In this document: positions 61,895-64,000 of the stretch, piece by piece | Layout of the letters: each line of letters opens with the position of its first letter | Position numbering within the stretch: the first letter of the stretch is position 1 | The notes under the pieces: model-generated | The model's database searches: none | Told to the model about the DNA's origin: nothing | Seen by the model: the letters and a program-made list of their open reading frames with translations, nothing else | Translations under genes and position numbers: made by a program | Source of the DNA: an uncultured delta proteobacterium | GTDB lineage: Bacteria; Myxococcota_A; Polyangia; Fen-1088 | Assembly: GCA_963755125.1 (NCBI GenBank) | Contig: CAVWIP010000018.1 | Span: forward strand, 64,001 to 128,000 | Length of the DNA: 64,000 nt | Reading direction: 5' to 3'

Positions 61895-61928
61895 CAATCG
61901 CCACGCTGCACTCAACTGCTGGTTGCCG

Positions 61929-63302
61929 CTAGTCGGGCGGGGTGTATTCGGGCTCTGGCGCAAGCTCGGGCGCAGCCTCGACCGCGGCCGCGTGCCGCGC
62001 GCCCAGGGTCCAGACGGCGAGTTGGGCCGATAGCCCCGCCTCGAGCACGATGGCCTCCTTGGGAAAGCCGGAGAGTCCGCGCAGCTCGGCCGCGAGCACG
62101 AGGTAGTTGGTCAGGTTGTAGACCAGACCGCCACCCAGACCGGCCGCCAAGGGACCGCCGCGCACGGTATCGCTGGTGCGAAAGTCGATGTTGGTGTTGC
62201 TGGAAGGACTGGGCGCCACGTAGAGACGGAACGCCGTGCCCGCCCCCAGGGTGCCGGTCCCGAAAAGCTGCAGGTTGCTCGCGCTCCCGAAGATGGCGTC
62301 GGTGAACAGATACGCACGGCCAAGCACGGCCCAGGCTCGATCCTGCGGCTGCGGGCATCCGTTGCATCCGGCCCCCAGGTCCGTCTGCACGAACTGGTAG
62401 CGCCCCTGCACGGAGAACGCGATATGGTGGGTCCACTGGTAGCCAATCTCGGGCAGGAGGTGCAAAACGCCGCCGGACGCCCAACCTTTCACACGGGCGC
62501 CCGTGTAGAGCTCCGGGATGCGGGTGGGGTACCAGCCAAAGCCCGTACCCATGCCCATGGCCACCCACACGTTCTGCGCCGGACGGCGGTGAGCCTCGTT
62601 GTTCTGCGCGTTTTCGGCATCGCGCTCTCGCTGGATACGAGCCAGCGGGTCTTCATCCGCGACAACCTGTTCCGTGCCACCGGTTTCCGCCGTGCCTGAG
62701 CCGCCTTTTCGGATGAGCACGATATTCGGGCTCTCATCGCTGCCATTCACGGCCGTCATCTTGTCGCTCGCGTTGTACGCCTGAGCGAAGAATTGCAACG
62801 AACTGCCGCGCACCTCGTTGCCCTTGATGTTGACAACGTACCAGCCCTTGTGCGAGCGAGTCGCGTCTGCCGTGAGGAAGCGGTCGGTGCCCGAGGGCCG
62901 GTAGTGGATGACGACCCTGTGCGTGGCCGATCCGTGCTTGACCGCGCAACGGATGGTGAGATCGGTTCCTGGTTGCACCTCGGACGGCGTAGGGCAATAG
63001 AGTGGCTCCGGAAGCTTGGACGGAATTTCTGGTTCGGGCGGCGGCGGAGGCGGCTTTGGGGCTTCAACCACAGCGGTCCCCTTCGCAGCCTTGGCGGCGT
63101 CCGACGGTCGAGACTTGGACTTGCTCTTGTCGTCGCTCGACGATGCCGGCGTGGCGGTCTTTGCGGCAGACCCTTTCTTCTTGGCCGGCGCAGTCTCCGG
63201 CTCCGGCTTCGCAGTCTTCGAGGATGTCGCGCACGCCGGCGCGAAAAGCAAGAGCGCGCAGCCGCCGAGTAGGTGGTGTCGAATGGTCAGTTTCAAGCCC
63301 AC
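61929..63302 (-). CDS. Putative lipoprotein with beta-rich middle and C-terminal domains
   Basis: Lipobox APAC, K/P-rich linker, amphipathic beta strands; GTG start after AAAGGGGG. Confidence 0.7.
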   Translation of the reverse strand: MGLKLTIRHHLLGGCALLLFAPACATSSKTAKPEPETAPAKKKGSAAKTATPASSSDDKSKSKSRPSDAAKAAKGTAVVEAPKPPPPPPEPEIPSKLPEPLYCPTPSEVQPGTDLTIRCAVKHGSATHRVVIHYRPSGTDRFLTADATRSHKGWYVVNIKGNEVRGSSLQFFAQAYNASDKMTAVNGSDESPNIVLIRKGGSGTAETGGTEQVVADEDPLARIQRERDAENAQNNEAHRRPAQNVWVAMGMGTGFGWYPTRIPELYTGARVKGWASGGVLHLLPEIGYQWTHHIAFSVQGRYQFVQTDLGAGCNGCPQPQDRAWAVLGRAYLFTDAIFGSASNLQLFGTGTLGAGTAFRLYVAPSPSSNTNIDFRTSDTVRGGPLAAGLGGGLVYNLTNYLVLAAELRGLSGFPKEAIVLEAGLSAQLAVWTLGARHAAAVEAAPELAPEPEYTPPD

Positions 63303-63492
63303 GATGCCCCCTTTGCGGATGATGTTGTTTGATGTCGTCTTGTCGCGCAGTCGTCCGGCTTCGCCCACTCGGTCCAAGCTGGTTCGGGGCAAGCCATGGG
63401 AGTCGTCATCAACGAATTTGACCGCATACCCGGGTCATCCCTCCTGCTGATAAGCGAATAGCCTTTGCCCAAAGCTGTGCGGCCGTGAACAA

Positions 63493-64000
63493 TCAACGTC
63501 CGCCAAGCTGATCGATCCTCTTTTCCATGAGCGCGCGGTCAGGTGCGTTGGGCGAGGCCTTGAGATAGAGCCTGAGATGGCGCACAGCCTGGGCCGCATT
63601 GCCGGACTGGGCATAGGCCAGACCAAGGCCCCGCTGGCTCTGGGCATCCTTCGGATTCAACTTCACTGCCTCGGAAAAGGCCGCGATGGCCTCGGGCAGC
63701 GCACCGCTGAGGAGCTTGGCATTCCCCCGTTGATAGGCCTCGGCCGCCTCCTGCGCTTTGTTGCCGGCAGGCTTGGCAGCAGGTGGGGCGACCTCCGCCA
63801 GCTTCTTTTCGGGCTTGGGCGTTGCCGGCTCGCTCGCGGTTCGCACCTTCTCGGTGACGGGTTTCTCGACTGCTGGCTTGGGCGCAGCGAGCGGCTTCTG
63901 CGGCACCGGGCTTGCGGCAGGCGCTGGTGGCTCGGCCACGACTTTCTTCTCCACCGGCCGCGGCTTCTCCGGCACCAGAGTCGGCGCGGGGACGGGATTC
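63493..64000 (-). CDS. C-terminal part of a Pro-rich/TPR protein (starts beyond the window)
   Basis: Frame open to the window edge; P/K/A-rich linker followed by TPRs. Confidence 0.75.
   Translation of the reverse strand, partial: NPVPAPTLVPEKPRPVEKKVVAEPPAPAASPVPQKPLAAPKPAVEKPVTEKVRTASEPATPKPEKKLAEVAPPAAKPAGNKAQEAAEAYQRGNAKLLSGALPEAIAAFSEAVKLNPKDAQSQRGLGLAYAQSGNAAQAVRHLRLYLKASPNAPDRALMEKRIDQLGGR

Overview
High-GC chromosomal window. Its Hanks-type kinases, TPR/HEAT lipoproteins and sigma54 regulator suggest a Myxococcota/deltaproteobacterial lineage (inference). Layout: (1) 1-12.6 kb anaerobic energy block: korABC, GNAT, rrf2-sucCD, and a divergent hdrD-like-hdrA-flxDCBA operon; (2) a sugar MFS transporter, a palindrome-rich intergenic region and marR-leuCD; (3) an 18-41 kb glycosylation region with several GT-C-like membrane transferases, containing a ~13.4 kb wzm/wzt-DegT-B12 radical SAM-GT-vapBC block bounded by a diverged ~62 bp direct repeat; (4) MerR-TPR, GIY-YIG, FGE-domain and dacB genes, kinases, metK, a ClpX-like ATPase, lipoproteins and three broken genes. 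I recognised no tRNA, rRNA, CRISPR array, integrase or transposase. The most unusual signals are non-coding: a double-hairpin repeat with compensatory substitutions that lies in frame inside two genes, the promoter-duplicating block boundary, and a composite inverted palindrome around a short cassette-like segment. All calls come from reading motifs by eye; no searches were run.
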